From assembly GCA_002633005.1 (NCBI GenBank), contig NMRA01000562.1, forward strand, positions 59,585-123,584: a stretch of DNA of 64,000 bases, in the 5' to 3' direction. Numbering within the stretch: the first letter of the stretch is position 1; each line of letters begins with the position of its first letter. A program made the position numbers and the translations under genes. The notes under the pieces were generated by a model. It was given only the letters and a program-made list of their open reading frames with translations, was not told the origin of the DNA and did not search any database. Positions 27,255 to 39,882 of the stretch are shown piece after piece. The stretch comes from Phoronis australis (lineage: Eukaryota; Animalia; Phoronida).

Positions 27255-29906
27255 CTAAGTAGAATTAACCTTGCTATAAAATTCATGATTACCATTTCGT
27301 CGAAACTGAACACCACGTTTCGTCGTAATGGCTCTTTCCAGATTTTTCCAGAACTCTTCCTTTTCCTCGTCTTCTTCCGGCCATAGAAAGTACAGATCGT
27401 GGCGGAGCAAGTGTTTAATTCCTTGAGGAAGGTTGCAAACAACAAAATCTTCTGTAACAACAGGAATTATGAATCCTTTTCCTCGGGCCATACTCATGCG
27501 AATTTCAAAGTTCTGCGTTACTGAGTTTTCAGTGCTCGAAGTGACCAAAACAAGAACTTTCTTGCTTCCATCCAATTGCTCAAAGATCTCGTCAAACACA
27601 CATGAACCTGGTCGCGAGTTACGGGGCCAAAAGAAAACATCTAAGCCTTTATTATGTAGCCCAGTAAATAATTGAAAGGCAATGTCACGATCGTCCTCAC
27701 TGAATGAAATGTAGAGGTCATATTCGAAGATATTCGCGTTCGGATTGCCTCTTTTTCTCAGTTTATTCTTTGTTAGGTACACCAAGTACTTAATATTCCA
27801 CCGACAGTAAAGAACAACTACTACGCCGATTATGACTACTGAAGTCAGGGTCACGCATACAATAAGAAATGTCTCATACCAGCAGCTGAACTCCAGACTA
27901 GACAAATCAAGGTCAACAAGTTTTATGCGTTCCGTGCCATGCGTACAAGTCAATTCTTCTCTGCCTTCTAAGTCAACTAGGGACTTGTTATTTCGTATCA
28001 TATCATAAAATTCTTTGTTGTTGCAGTTTTGGCAACTGAGTTCGCTCAGACCACTGACATTCACTACATGTCTTCCAAACGTAGACGATGTTTTGAAGAA
28101 AGCTGTCTGGAAGTATTTGAATTCTTGAATTTCACAGTTGCTCAGGTCTATAAATGTAAATCCAGGAAAGAGTGAGAAGTCAAGTTCGAATGTTAATAAA
28201 GGGTTTTTCTGTAGATTCAAGATTACGAGCGAGGTGCAGTTTGAGAACATGACTTTTGGAATTGTTGTCAACATGTTGTCAGTTAGATCTATTTCTTTAA
28301 TGTTTTGGAGGTTACTAAAGATTGCAACCAATTCAGTTTCATTTGTAAACAGACCAATGCGGTTAACAGCAAGAAGAAGTGTTTGCAGTGATGGAACAGC
28401 GCGGAAGAGACCGGGATGAACGTACTCAAGATTAGCATGCTCCAAATTCAAGTGCTTCACACCGTTTAAACCGTAAATCGGCCACTCAAATCGATTCCAA
28501 TTTATATAGGATATATCCAACCTGGTCAAACTGTTTACATCAAGAGAGCACGTAAGTTGTGGACCACAGTAGAAATTCGAGATGTTGACAGGGCCTCCTT
28601 GGATCGCATTTAAATTCAGAAAATCTATGTGGCTAACAGTAAGATCTTCTACATGAATTTTTAATTTAAGCGTTGCACCGACATTAACTGAATCAACCAT
28701 TATCAAGTTCTCTTTGTCGTCATCTTGTTGTAGTTGTTTAGCAATTTTAAGTTGTTTCCAGAACTCCAAGTTAACGTCAGACGAGCATGTGGAAGGACTG
28801 TTGGATTGTGTTAGATAGGAGACCATAAGTGTTTGAAAACTATTTCTCTGCATTAGACCGAGCAAAAGCTCTTCGGATTTATGAATATATTGGGTGTTCA
28901 ATGGATTGTAATTCATGTTCAAATATTTGACAGAACGAATATGGCGCCAAAATCTTCTTACTGTAGTGAGTGAGTTATCACGGATGGAAAGGCTAACCAA
29001 CGGAACCTGGTGTAAAGACTTGAACTGTTTATCTTGAAGTTTGAGACATTCGTCTGTGTGTTCATAAACGCTATCAAGATTGAGAACTCGAAGAACAGTT
29101 GAGTTTTCAAAGCTTGGAAGGATAGGGGCAAACAGATTTGGGTTTCTGTTTTTGGTGAAAGGACAAGAGTAATCTAAAGCTTGGAGACTGTGTGCAACAG
29201 GTAGCAGTGCCAGAGGATCTACCGTTTCGAACTGCACTTTCCGCAATGACAGTACTTTGACTGAAATGTTACTTAATGCACTGAAAGTTTCTTGGTCCAT
29301 TGACTGAAATTCGGATTCTGTGAGGTCTAATACTGTGACGTTTTCCATTAGAGCTAAAGAAAGGGGAATGTGGTGTTTGACAATGCGCAAAGAAAGTCGT
29401 GTCAACTGCCGTAAGTCGTAAAATGCCATGTTCAGACAAGACGGTGAGCGAGCCCGCACCTTAAGCATATTTAATTCTAGGAGAGATTGTAAATGGCGAA
29501 ACGGTCTCGATTTGCAGCTAAAGTCAAGATACTCGGCAACTTTTTCCATATTGAGAACTTTCAAGGATTGAAGCCCACGGAAGCTGTTTGAGTAAATAGT
29601 AAAAGAATGATCCTTTGCGTCTATCATAGACGACAAATCGAGTTCACGCAATTTAGAAAAACGTTGCAGCGACCCATTCGGAATATCTCGTATCTTGTTA
29701 CCACCAACTCGAAGAACAGTTACGTCTTCAGGAATCTGAACATTGTGCAAGGAACGAAGATTTATGTTGGTACACGTGACTATGACTTCAGTGCCATTCC
29801 TTTCACAAATGCATTTGCTGTCACACTTGATAGAGTTGGCGTTGAGTTTTGTCGACAAAACACACGCACCCAGGACCAGAACAACCACGACACGAGCATC
29901 TAGCAT
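27255..29906 (-). CDS. Toll-like receptor A (signal peptide, LRRNT, LRRs, LRRCT, TM, TIR), single coding exon, 883 aa
   Basis: Signal peptide; CDSKCICER..VIVTC cap; LxxLxLxxN repeats; CQNC...C...C juxtamembrane cluster; TM FLIVCVTLTSVVIIGVVVVLY; TIR box1 YDLYISFS, BB loop RNSRPG and box3 FWKNL. Confidence 0.95.
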   Translation of the reverse strand: MLDARVVVVLVLGACVLSTKLNANSIKCDSKCICERNGTEVIVTCTNINLRSLHNVQIPEDVTVLRVGGNKIRDIPNGSLQRFSKLRELDLSSMIDAKDHSFTIYSNSFRGLQSLKVLNMEKVAEYLDFSCKSRPFRHLQSLLELNMLKVRARSPSCLNMAFYDLRQLTRLSLRIVKHHIPLSLALMENVTVLDLTESEFQSMDQETFSALSNISVKVLSLRKVQFETVDPLALLPVAHSLQALDYSCPFTKNRNPNLFAPILPSFENSTVLRVLNLDSVYEHTDECLKLQDKQFKSLHQVPLVSLSIRDNSLTTVRRFWRHIRSVKYLNMNYNPLNTQYIHKSEELLLGLMQRNSFQTLMVSYLTQSNSPSTCSSDVNLEFWKQLKIAKQLQQDDDKENLIMVDSVNVGATLKLKIHVEDLTVSHIDFLNLNAIQGGPVNISNFYCGPQLTCSLDVNSLTRLDISYINWNRFEWPIYGLNGVKHLNLEHANLEYVHPGLFRAVPSLQTLLLAVNRIGLFTNETELVAIFSNLQNIKEIDLTDNMLTTIPKVMFSNCTSLVILNLQKNPLLTFELDFSLFPGFTFIDLSNCEIQEFKYFQTAFFKTSSTFGRHVVNVSGLSELSCQNCNNKEFYDMIRNNKSLVDLEGREELTCTHGTERIKLVDLDLSSLEFSCWYETFLIVCVTLTSVVIIGVVVVLYCRWNIKYLVYLTKNKLRKRGNPNANIFEYDLYISFSEDDRDIAFQLFTGLHNKGLDVFFWPRNSRPGSCVFDEIFEQLDGSKKVLVLVTSSTENSVTQNFEIRMSMARGKGFIIPVVTEDFVVCNLPQGIKHLLRHDLYFLWPEEDEEKEEFWKNLERAITTKRGVQFRRNGNHEFYSKVNST

Positions 29907-31715
29907 CCTGTAATGAGCAAAACATGAAATGTTGGGTGTATGGTGTTAAAGATCGTCCATCCCTTTAATTTCTCATAATCCATATTTGAAGTACTTGTGC
30001 AACTCGTCAGTTTCCGTCCCCGTTTCTCTAGACACTCCAAAAGATGGTCTCGTTTAAAAATTCCCAGACCAAAATTTCCGAACCTTACATCAAATATTTC
30101 CCGAACCGAAAAGGTGTTTTGGTTACGTTTGTGCCGGTAAAGGGCACTCATACTTCGTAGTACAAAACTCAATGCCCCGAACGTTTGGTAGATTTTCAAA
30201 AATCAGTCTATACATCAAAATTCATTTTTTATACATGGATAGGTATCCTAACAAAAACCTAACTGCCAAATTTTGTGCACTCAATGGTCCCTATAATTTC
30301 GCCTCTGGAGCACGAGACCACAAATTGGCACAATTAGGCATATTAGCCGTTTCCAAAATTGTATGTTTTCAGCAACGAAATGAAGTAAATTACAAAATAG
30401 ATCAAAAGTTATACTTTGGTGGCTGGAATAACCAACGTACAGTATATTGTGCATAATTCTGTGCCATTCATTAACATTTGACAGCTTTGAGCTTGACAGA
30501 GAGATAATCCACAGGCCTCTTTCTGTGGCTAATTTAAGTGGCCGTTTCTGTGACCTTCTTACCGCCATAGGTTAATTTAAACACTCTGTTGGGTTTATAA
30601 ATGGAAATAGATGCCTTTGAAGTTTGAATAAGTCAAATTGGACGACTTTGTGCTGGATAAGGGAGATCATTTTTAATAGCTAATTTTAGTGACCGTCTTA
30701 CTGCCATATTGTACCTTATAGCTTTATGTAACTTTTTGAACAAACATCTAAGGAGTAAATCTTGATGGCTGATAAAATACATCTAACCTCAACTTAGCAA
30801 TTAGTGAAAATTGTCTTGCACAACTGTCGATCTTGGAAATGATAATCAATATGAGCACAGCCCCAGAAATCGATTTCGCATTATATATCTAGGTTCTCAT
30901 TCACTCTCTTGCACACATTTACAAGTGAGACCGAGCTCAGAGGACGAGACACCTTTGAGCAATGCTCCAATGTCAGTCCAGTTCACCGCCTTGCCCCCAG
31001 TCGACACCTCACTAAGTGGCACCCCCATCCCCGATTGGCAGATGTGTAATTTTTGCCCATCAGTTAACAGCCTTGTGCCCCTCTTGGACGAAACTTGTTT
31101 AGCACCTCCCATCGGCAGGCGCCCCGCGGCATCTGACCCCCCTTGCTACTTGGTATGTTTGCTATGAAGTCCGTACCTTTGTGTTGAACTGTGTTTACTT
31201 AATGGCTGTCATTAATAAAATTGTTTCCATGAATTGTTTTCTCTTGACCTTGAACGTATGCCTTTTTATACCGTTAATGAGCGTACTTTCAAAATTATTC
31301 AACGTTGGGGTGGCCGGCGACCGGTCTGAAGACTCGTATAGCAACCTGCGGGGACGTTATCATACGAACGCAAAATTACAATAAGTTTTGACTAGGTTGA
31401 AGATTTTTTGCACTGATCAGCAGGAGGGCCATAACCCCGCTTATGTACTGCCTCCCTTGCTATGTCAGTGGGTCTTACAACGACGATAAAAAACACGAGT
31501 AAGGCAGATTCGGCTGGTAGTCGCGTCCACCATCACCATGTAAACAAACAGTGAAGCACGTATGCCAGTCACAATTTATGTAAATAACTGTTGTAATAAG
31601 CAATACTCATCAGTGTGATTTTGAGACAATGGTAATTAGTGGTGTTGTATGCTTCTTCTAAAAAATACAATCATTTACGTTGTTTTGCAAGCACTTCTCG
31701 CTGGTTCCCTGCGTT

Positions 31716-31795
31716 CCGCTAGGTGGTAGCCAGCACGCCGGTATCACTTAACTTTCCTCGGGAATTTTTTTTACTCCTGCGTTTCTGATTGGCTG
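31716..31795 (-). promoter_or_regulatory. Candidate TLR promoter elements: CTCF-like motif and CCAAT (NF-Y) box, conserved in both copies
   Basis: CCGCTAGGTGGTAG (31716-31729; copy B 59777-59790), GGGAATTTTT and CTGATTGGCTG (about 31786; copy B about 59847). Motif match only. Confidence 0.3.
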
Positions 31796-34700
31796 GTCGA
31801 ATTCTCAACAGGCAGCGCTTTACGCAAACAAACTGGCATGACTTATGGAGGAAGTGTAAATGTGGTCTGTTGTACACACAAACCGGTGCTTAAAATTCAT
31901 GTTCAAGAAATAAGAACCCCAAAAATTGTGGTTGCGCCTTTTCGGAGTGCATCATTCTACTGTCGCTGACTTGTATATGTTGCTGTCCTGTATTCATACA
32001 GTATGAATATCACACTAGTTAAATAGGCGTGTTTATTGTACATGTACATGTACGTGCTTCAAGCTCGCGGCTATTAGACATTACTGCAGTTGCTGCTACG
32101 CCACTTGCATGACAAGGCTAAATCGCTCATAAAAGTCCACCATTTCCTCACTTTGTTGTAAAACTAACCAATGATGGCCGAGTTTACATCAACCAACGAT
32201 AAAGCGCATGCTACTGCCTACTACCTGTGTGCTGGCTACCACATAGCAGCACACAAGGAACCAGCGAGATTACACGTTTCAAGACCCCCACTACTGGTGG
32301 TTGAGGCCAATGACTCTACATGTATAGGGCATTGGTTGAGGCAAGTGAGAACAGGCAAATAGGACGAAGTGCAGTTGGTGTAATGCTTCGTACGTAGAGA
32401 CTACAGGAGAGGCAAGATTTTTTATTGGAGATTCTGAAGAGGTAAGGAATGACTAAACAAATTATTATAAGGTCAGTTTTTGAAAATGTGCAATATGGCT
32501 GCAACAGAGTGCCAAAGTTGGCCGAAAATGGCTTCAGTGAAAACCTGCAAAGTAGCCGTTTTTTGCCACAAAAAATCCAAACATACAAATTCGAAAATCA
32601 ATTTTGAAAGTTAAGCCATTAAATTACTCAATCATAGTGCTATAAAATTGTATCACTCATTTGTTACCAGCTAACTATACATGCTAGTAAAACGCATTGC
32701 AAAATAGAGGTGCATGTCTTAAAAAGAGAAATAGTGGACGATAATTCTTAAAAATCGAAATTTTTCGACGTCTCACCAAACGAAACTCATGTTTTAAATC
32801 TCACAAAATTGTGATTTTGGGTAGACTCTACCTGTTGGTTTTTATATGGAGTCTCTCTTAATTTTTTCAGAACCTTTTAACACGCTCGATACATCAATTC
32901 AGCATTAAGGTTACTTGGAAACGCACTTTCAGGGTTAGAAAATAAAAATGAGCCCTAACATTTCAAAAGAAAAGTCAATCTCCTACTTAGATGACAGTTG
33001 TTCATCCAGACTGTGCAACGGCAATTTGATTTTGTTTCAAAATGGAAAGAATGAAATTGATTGCAATGACAACACGGGATAAAATGGAGGTCGTCCCTTA
33101 ATTTATCATTCCATCGCTACTCATCCTGACAATTTTCACCATGTTTCTCTGGCAGTACGTTCCATAGACTCGGTGTCCACGATATCCTGTGCTTCCAAGT
33201 TCTCAAGCCTTACAAATCCCCGTTGATTCAGTGTCTATGCATCAAATCTATGAGCCCAAATGCCCAAAAACGACGTTTTTAGGCCGTCTGAAATGATTGG
33301 CAATTTGAGGAGAGTTTTTAATGAACGGAGACACAAACCTAAAAGTTAAATGAAAAGGGGGAGGGGCATGGCTCTGATGTGCCTTCGTGGCTGTGCTAGT
33401 ATTATCAATCACAAATGACAAAATTCCATTTTATTTCGCCTTCCATACATCTCGGTTTTAGATGAGATTATGGACTTGCGACCAATCTACACAAGAATAG
33501 AAAAGTCGCCACTGTGGCGTTTATTTCGACATCCCGAATTAAAGAGTCATAGAACACAAAAACTCGTAAATATCACCATTCAAACAAGTCGTGGCGAATC
33601 TACAAAACGTACTTCTTGGGGATACTAACGTGAGAATTATTCACTTTGAATATTGTAACAGTTTCTAGAAAACACGAACAAAATAAAAATTCTCTCATCC
33701 CAATGCACTTTTCACATTATCCCCCCTGACAAAATGTATTCACTCAAGCGCTCAAAGAAGTCGGATTGAGTGCTGCTTGAAAGCCCTAATGTTGTGTTTA
33801 CAGCGAAGGTAAGACACATTCTCCAAATCAGGGAAATGTGCATCGTCGGTCTCGCCATATAAAATAAGAAGAGGTGCTTTGCCGTGTGGGAGAAAAAACT
33901 GGGAATGAATGAGCAATTGACAGATCGTTTTTTGTATTTGAAACTGAAGGAAAAAACTTGACATCATCAGAAATTCAAAATCTTTACGAACAAACCGTAA
34001 AAATACCTGGCGAACACTCAATGGCAGAGAACCACTTTGAATAATGTAATTTTTTTCACGGTCAATATCCTTATAAGAAAAGTAAGTAACAAGTAAAGCA
34101 AGATGCATTCAATGCATCGCTTAGCAACAAAATAGAAATAGGCGTTTGTCCGTAAGGCGGAAATCGTACTTCGTTTCATTCGAAACGGATTGCGTAGCAA
34201 TTTCGTTCCTGTGACGGAGATAAATTCCGTTTTCATGACATCAACGACGGAGTTTTTAATTGGGGACAAATTCGTGCTTTCCCACAAATAAATTTGTTTC
34301 AGAGGGCAGAGGCTTTTGTTTGAAAAACTGGTGCAAATATTCTCAGAATGCAGTTTATCGAAGCGCAAAAAGTTTTGGTCACAAGCGGCGCACCATAAAG
34401 GGTTTTACTTCAGTATTGCGTAGCCCATGTTGGTTTTAACAGGATTCAGTAGACTAAGACAAAACTTCTGAATCCCCGATATGAGAAAAAAGACACCCAA
34501 ATTGCAAAGAGAACTAGTTAGTACCGAGCCGTGGATGCATCGGAAAGAGAGGGAACACGCCGGCCCAGGGGTGAATGTTGAGACCATAAGCATAGAAATC
34601 GATGGATCATTGGTTTAGGAGCTGATACCAAGAAATACGGGTATGAACTTGAAAAACAACAACATTTGACCAAATCTACACAAGTGTTAGAGCCAGGAAA

Positions 34701-35145
34701 AGGTTAACACCTGTGTTTTCTAGATGTGTTCCTATATATAACATACTTCATAATTTGTAATTACTTCTTGCTAACACCTAAACAATGAATGACACAGGTT
34801 TTCTTTATTTTCTAAAGAAAACCATCACGGAGTTTTCCTTAAGCTATTTGCAAGAAATAACACATCTGGTCAGATAAAATTGCATCTTAACTTGTATCCA
34901 GCATTGATCCAAAAGAACGCACATAGAGACAGACGTATTGAAGTACTTCGACAACGTCTCAACTTTTTAGCTTGAGACAGCATGCAACGCCACCTCTCGC
35001 TCAAATTTGTTACGCTAGGAGTGCATTCCCATTCCTGTAGTTTTGAAACGTTAAATTAAGACAGCGTAAAGGAACACAAAAAGGATACACGTATAAAACC
35101 CTTAAACACTTTTTGAATTGTGATTGTTTGGTTTTTATGTATTAA

Positions 35146-38100
35146 GTATCAGTCCACGGATCCACCGACCACTGTACAGCCAACAAGCGGTGGGGGGTCA
35201 GCCATTCAGATCCATGTTTAGTCTAATAAATCACATTAGGGATGAGAGAAATTGGGTGAAGTATGACACCACAAAATTTGGTGGTTTAGGAGATACAAGG
35301 GAAGTGTTCTGGGGTGCAAAATGAGGCAATTTCTTGATGTGGAATGAGTCATTTTTGACCAAACTTTCTACTCCAGTTTCTGCTTCAAACAGAATCGTTT
35401 CTGAACAATTTTAATATCACATGATAGGTTCATGACCAATGTCAATAAAAACGGCACCAACACTGAAATATCGGTAACCATGTTAACACTGGAACTGTTT
35501 CCGTGGAGGTACATATTTCCTTCTTGTGAAAAACCAGCAGTAAGCTGTACCCTTATAGCGAAGCTGCCCCCGCGAGAAAACTAAAAATAATAACATGGAC
35601 ATGTAGAAGACTCCATGCCCATGGAATTAATACAATAAAAACCTTGCCAGCCTTTCAGGCAGGCTTGGTAATAGGTGTCTGAATTTCACTGTTTTCAGAC
35701 CGCGTAAGTGTATTTNNNNNNNNNNNNNTACAACAATTAAAAGAATTGGTTTGCTTAAATGTTTTTAATTAATTTTAAGGACACTAGCATTTCCCACTAA
35801 AATATGAAATTATACTAAATTTGTTCATCCAACTCGTCTGAATACCAAACTAAAGCTTACAATGCGTTAGTTGAATGCTAGCTGACCTAAAGTGCGGGTT
35901 TGCGAATTTATCTATTTATCTGGCACTGCCAGTCGCATCGAATGTGGTATTTCTACAAATTGCGGAGAGAAACAACTTTGGAAACTCTTGGGAAATGCAC
36001 AAGGAAAAGAGCGTGACATTTGAGCACATTATAAGAGTAAGTGGAGCTGATGTGGAGGTAAAACGTGTCCTCCTGAGAAGTAGTCTGTCTCAGTGTCTGC
36101 CTCGGAGGCAGCTGTGCAGCAGGAGCTACATAATCTACCGTGTTAGATTCACTTGCCCGAATCATCGTTACAACACTCGAGATATATTGGCGTCGCCAAA
36201 GACACTGAGTACATCCACTGCACACTAGAGGAGAAATCTGATTAGAGGTCTGAAAAATGACCAAAGACGTTAAGTCAAGGTTCAACGTCCTGCTTCGTGT
36301 GAGCTCAGGTAGGAATTACTAAACTCCAGGGTCTGACCCTGAGGATTATTTAGAAGCACGTCATTCAGGCAAAAATACTTTTATTGACACTGTGATTGCT
36401 TATAACTTGGGCCTTATTGCTTAATCATATCTTATTCAAATGTGTTGATGTTTATGCAATTGCATGTATACATTGGTATAGAAAATAGGTAGTCATCATA
36501 ACTTTTCATAACAACCACCAAATGTGTAACATGACTTCTGCCCATGAACTACTTTTAGAGAGTAAGGAGTATGTTATGTCTGCCAATAAATTTCTGCGAT
36601 TGTGAAGTTAATTAAACATGCTAAAGCCGTCAAAAATTTTGGTGCCTTCACTTTAACTTGGTATTCATATTTTCAGAGCGGAAATGGCCACATTAAATTT
36701 AATATGTTTAATTTTTTCATTAATACAATTTTAGGAATCAGGAAAGGCTTATGCTGAGGAAGTGGCTTCTGCTGAAGTTGGAGACCTGCCGATTATTAGT
36801 AAAGAATGGGTATGGAAAAGTTCACAACCAGCAAGAAGGTACCCTTCTGGACAACTAAGTGAGGGGTCTAGAGAGAGGCCGAAAAGTCTACTCCCAGAAG
36901 ATATGTCAAAAAGAATTTGTAGCTTGAGGAACGAGTCGGGGAAAAAGTATTTGCCAAAGATTACTGGCTTATGCCACAACAGGTCCAATGTAATTTGTTG
37001 AGATAGGCCACTCTCAGCAAATGTGGGGAAAGGAAGTGGAGTATGCATTGAAAGAGGCAATCTGATGTAGCATTGTAAAAATTCAAAGGGAGGAAACAGT
37101 ACAGTGGCTGGACCTGTAAATACTCTGGCTGGTCTGCTAAATCCAGTGGGGGCATTATTGTGTCAGCACAGCTGTGTAGGGTACTGTAGGCTTGTGTGTT
37201 GTTGCAAGCTTTGTTTGCACCAGAACTGCTTGTGTGAACAGCAGAAATCTAAAATTTACCTAGACTGAATTTTTGTCCAGGCACGGATCATGATCCTGGG
37301 CCACATGGTAATGGTACATTGTTTATTTTGTTTAGCCACTGGATTTTTTGGTCTGACGAGATTTCTCGGTGTGGCCATCACATTTATATGATTTCTGACC
37401 ACTGTACTGTTTCTTTTCCTTGAAGATGCGTAATTGATCTGAATTTATGTTTCCGCATTTTATTTACCATTATAGATTTTTGTTTGTAAATGGGTATATA
37501 TTGCTGAAATTTGAGCCCCTGTTGCAGTTAGGCTGGTTTTGTTAACTTATCTTTCTGCCTGGGTTGTAAACCTTCTGTCCATGAGGTAATAAGTTTTGAT
37601 TTAAACCATTTACCTCTATAAACTTTGCTCAGTTTGTTCCTTATCCAGATGGCAAATGATTTCTGGAATTGTAGCAGATTGACAGTTTGCTATTCCTTGA
37701 GACCATGCTGTGTGTATAAAATCACAAACTATTAAACTGGTCTCTAGCAATTGCATATTGCCAGATCTTTCAAAGTTCTGAAATTGCTCAAAAGTGACCT
37801 GGAAGTAATACCTATTTCATGATGGTAAAATGTCTAAATCAAAAGTTGTTTTATGTGATTTTAGGCGAGTTTATGTCCACTTCAAATGATTTTTTGCTGC
37901 AGTACTGAAAAGTATTGGCACATTAGCTCTGGTGGCTCCTTGTTTTTTGGCGAATTGACCATTTTATGGTTCCCATGGGTAATTTTGTTACTGTTCTAGT
38001 ATGTATGTACAACTGTAATCGTAGGGCAATTGTAATGCAAACCATGTTGCAAAAGTACTTTTTTCATGACCATTCATTGTAAAATGCTGGCTAATTGGAA

Positions 38101-39882
38101 CCGACAAGCCAATTTTTCATTTTGTGTTGGTTTGTTTTGATAAGAACATTGATGTGGTAAATACAGCTACCTCAAGTTAGTGAAGAAGAGATTTCCAGTG
38201 TTGTCAGCGACATTTCGAAATCACTTTTTTCGCAGTGAGACTGTACATCACCTTAAATGTAATTCCCTGACTTTATGGACTTTGTGTGGTTGACTCTGTC
38301 CTGTAGCAATTGGAGTGTTGAAAAGATGTAGAAGGCAATTTTTATTAGAGTCATAACATTTGCACTTTTGACTGTATAGTTATCTTTGCATTGTATTACG
38401 AAAACATATTTTGTAGTACACAAGTCTCTTGTTGGAATTTTATATTTTTTCACAAGGAATATTTTCAACTTAGATGACTTGTATGTGAGGTAGGCAATTT
38501 TCAAATAAGATAATGAATGAAACTGTCAAACATTGTTTTATTTTTGGATGTGTGATCTTCCAATAAGTGATTACTTTTATAAAACCTGTGCAGAATTTGA
38601 TTTTTACTCTTCATTTAAAGGAAAATAAATCCATAAACCTGCATTGTCTAGAAATTTTACTCAAACTACATATTACAGGGTTGGGGATTGGAATCTTAAT
38701 ACAACGGAGTCTGAACCCGTACCATGAGCAATATAACACAATACACGGGTATAAAAATTTGGTGTTTAGGTTCCACGGAAAGGATTCTTGTGCGCTGTAA
38801 TAGTTACTAAGGTGCGTGGTCATTGTTTGTGGATACTTTGGGATTCCTCTTCTGTGGTCATTCTCGGGAAACCTGGTCGCATAGAGAACAATAGATTAGC
38901 ATCTTCATTGTTCCCGTTGTTATAATAAAGATATAATGACGAGCACTTATCGGCAACGGTCTGATGTACGCAAGGTTCTATATCCATGCGACCTGTGTTG
39001 TTATATCAAACAATGACACAACAAAGGAATACAATGATAGGACCAATGGGCGAAAAACATGCGACGAGTGAAGAAATACCTACGAGGAAATTGCAAGGTA
39101 TAACAACTGTAAATCAAAATAACCTACATTTGTCGAGTTCATGTCTAACCCTGTTCACTGTGGAGGACATAATCGGCTTTTTACAAAATGGAGCCATGTA
39201 TGGTATTTAGGGGTACTATAGCCCTAAGTGGTAAGTAGTAAAACGTTCAAAACATTCAGGAGGAACTAACTTGTTGCGAAATATAGAAGAACATGAAGGA
39301 CAATCGGATTTTACGGTGCTCACGCATCGATCTCAGATATATGAAAATTTCTCATTTTAGTACATTTGAGGTGCCAAAATGTATAACTAATAAACTGGCT
39401 GACAAAGTTTTTATTTTATGCAATGAAAGTAACACGTTTTATCAACATTTTGGCTAAGTTTCATTCTCATAGCAGTGGGGCAGATTTGGTACAGCAGTGT
39501 ATTGAACACAACCTCAAAATGGCATAACGGGGGCAGTGTACTAAAACTACCAAATAAGGATGGTAAATCGGAATCGTGTTTCAAGACATCTGTGTAACAA
39601 TCCATAGGCACCACTAAACAATGCCAACTCAATAATAAATCAATAGCTTTCATTCAAGGGGAAATATAAACAGTTAAAACTGGACAGTTTTTATACCGTG
39701 AAAACATGGCTGCGAAGCCGTAAAATGTGTTTGAGCCTATAACTTTGGAAAAACGCAATATTTTGAGGAAATATTTTACCGCTGTTTCTAGATCCCATAG
39801 GACTACCTATGTGCCAAATTTGGTGAAAATTGACTGACCCCCACCTTGCCGCTGGATGGCTGGTGCTCTCGTGGACTAGTAC
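35146..39882 (+). mobile_element. ~4.7-kb DNA transposon relic with TTAA target-site duplication, tentatively Sola3-like
   Basis: ttaa-GTATCAGTCCACGG...GGTGGGGGGTCAG and CTGACCCCCACC...CGTGGACTAGTAC-ttaa form imperfect TIRs. Decayed exon-like pieces at about 36030-36308 (CPNHRY..IYWRRQRH..HPLH) and about 36736-37020 (PEDMSKRICSLRNESGKK..WLMPQQV). Family assignment is from motif recall only. Confidence 0.6.
35716..35728. other. Assembly gap (13 N)
   Basis: Run of N, lying between the two duplication units. Confidence 0.99.

Larger units (their letters stand above)
18085..34745 (+). repeat. Segmental duplication unit A (P450 last intron and exon + TLR + TLR upstream region)
   Basis: Collinear similarity to 47416-62917 from TGTTGTGCTAA...TTATTGGGGATTGAAATAG to ...TTTTCTAGATGTGTTC, interrupted by copy-specific indels. 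Confidence 0.9.

Noticed and set aside
27227-28419. Alternate-frame and antisense ORFs overlapping TLR A, conserved in TLR B
   Set aside because: Conservation is explained by the TLR coding sequence; shadow ORFs.
32171-32362. Short ORF shared with 60280-60507
   Set aside because: The frames diverge after about 47 codons through an indel; similarity is just the segmental duplication.
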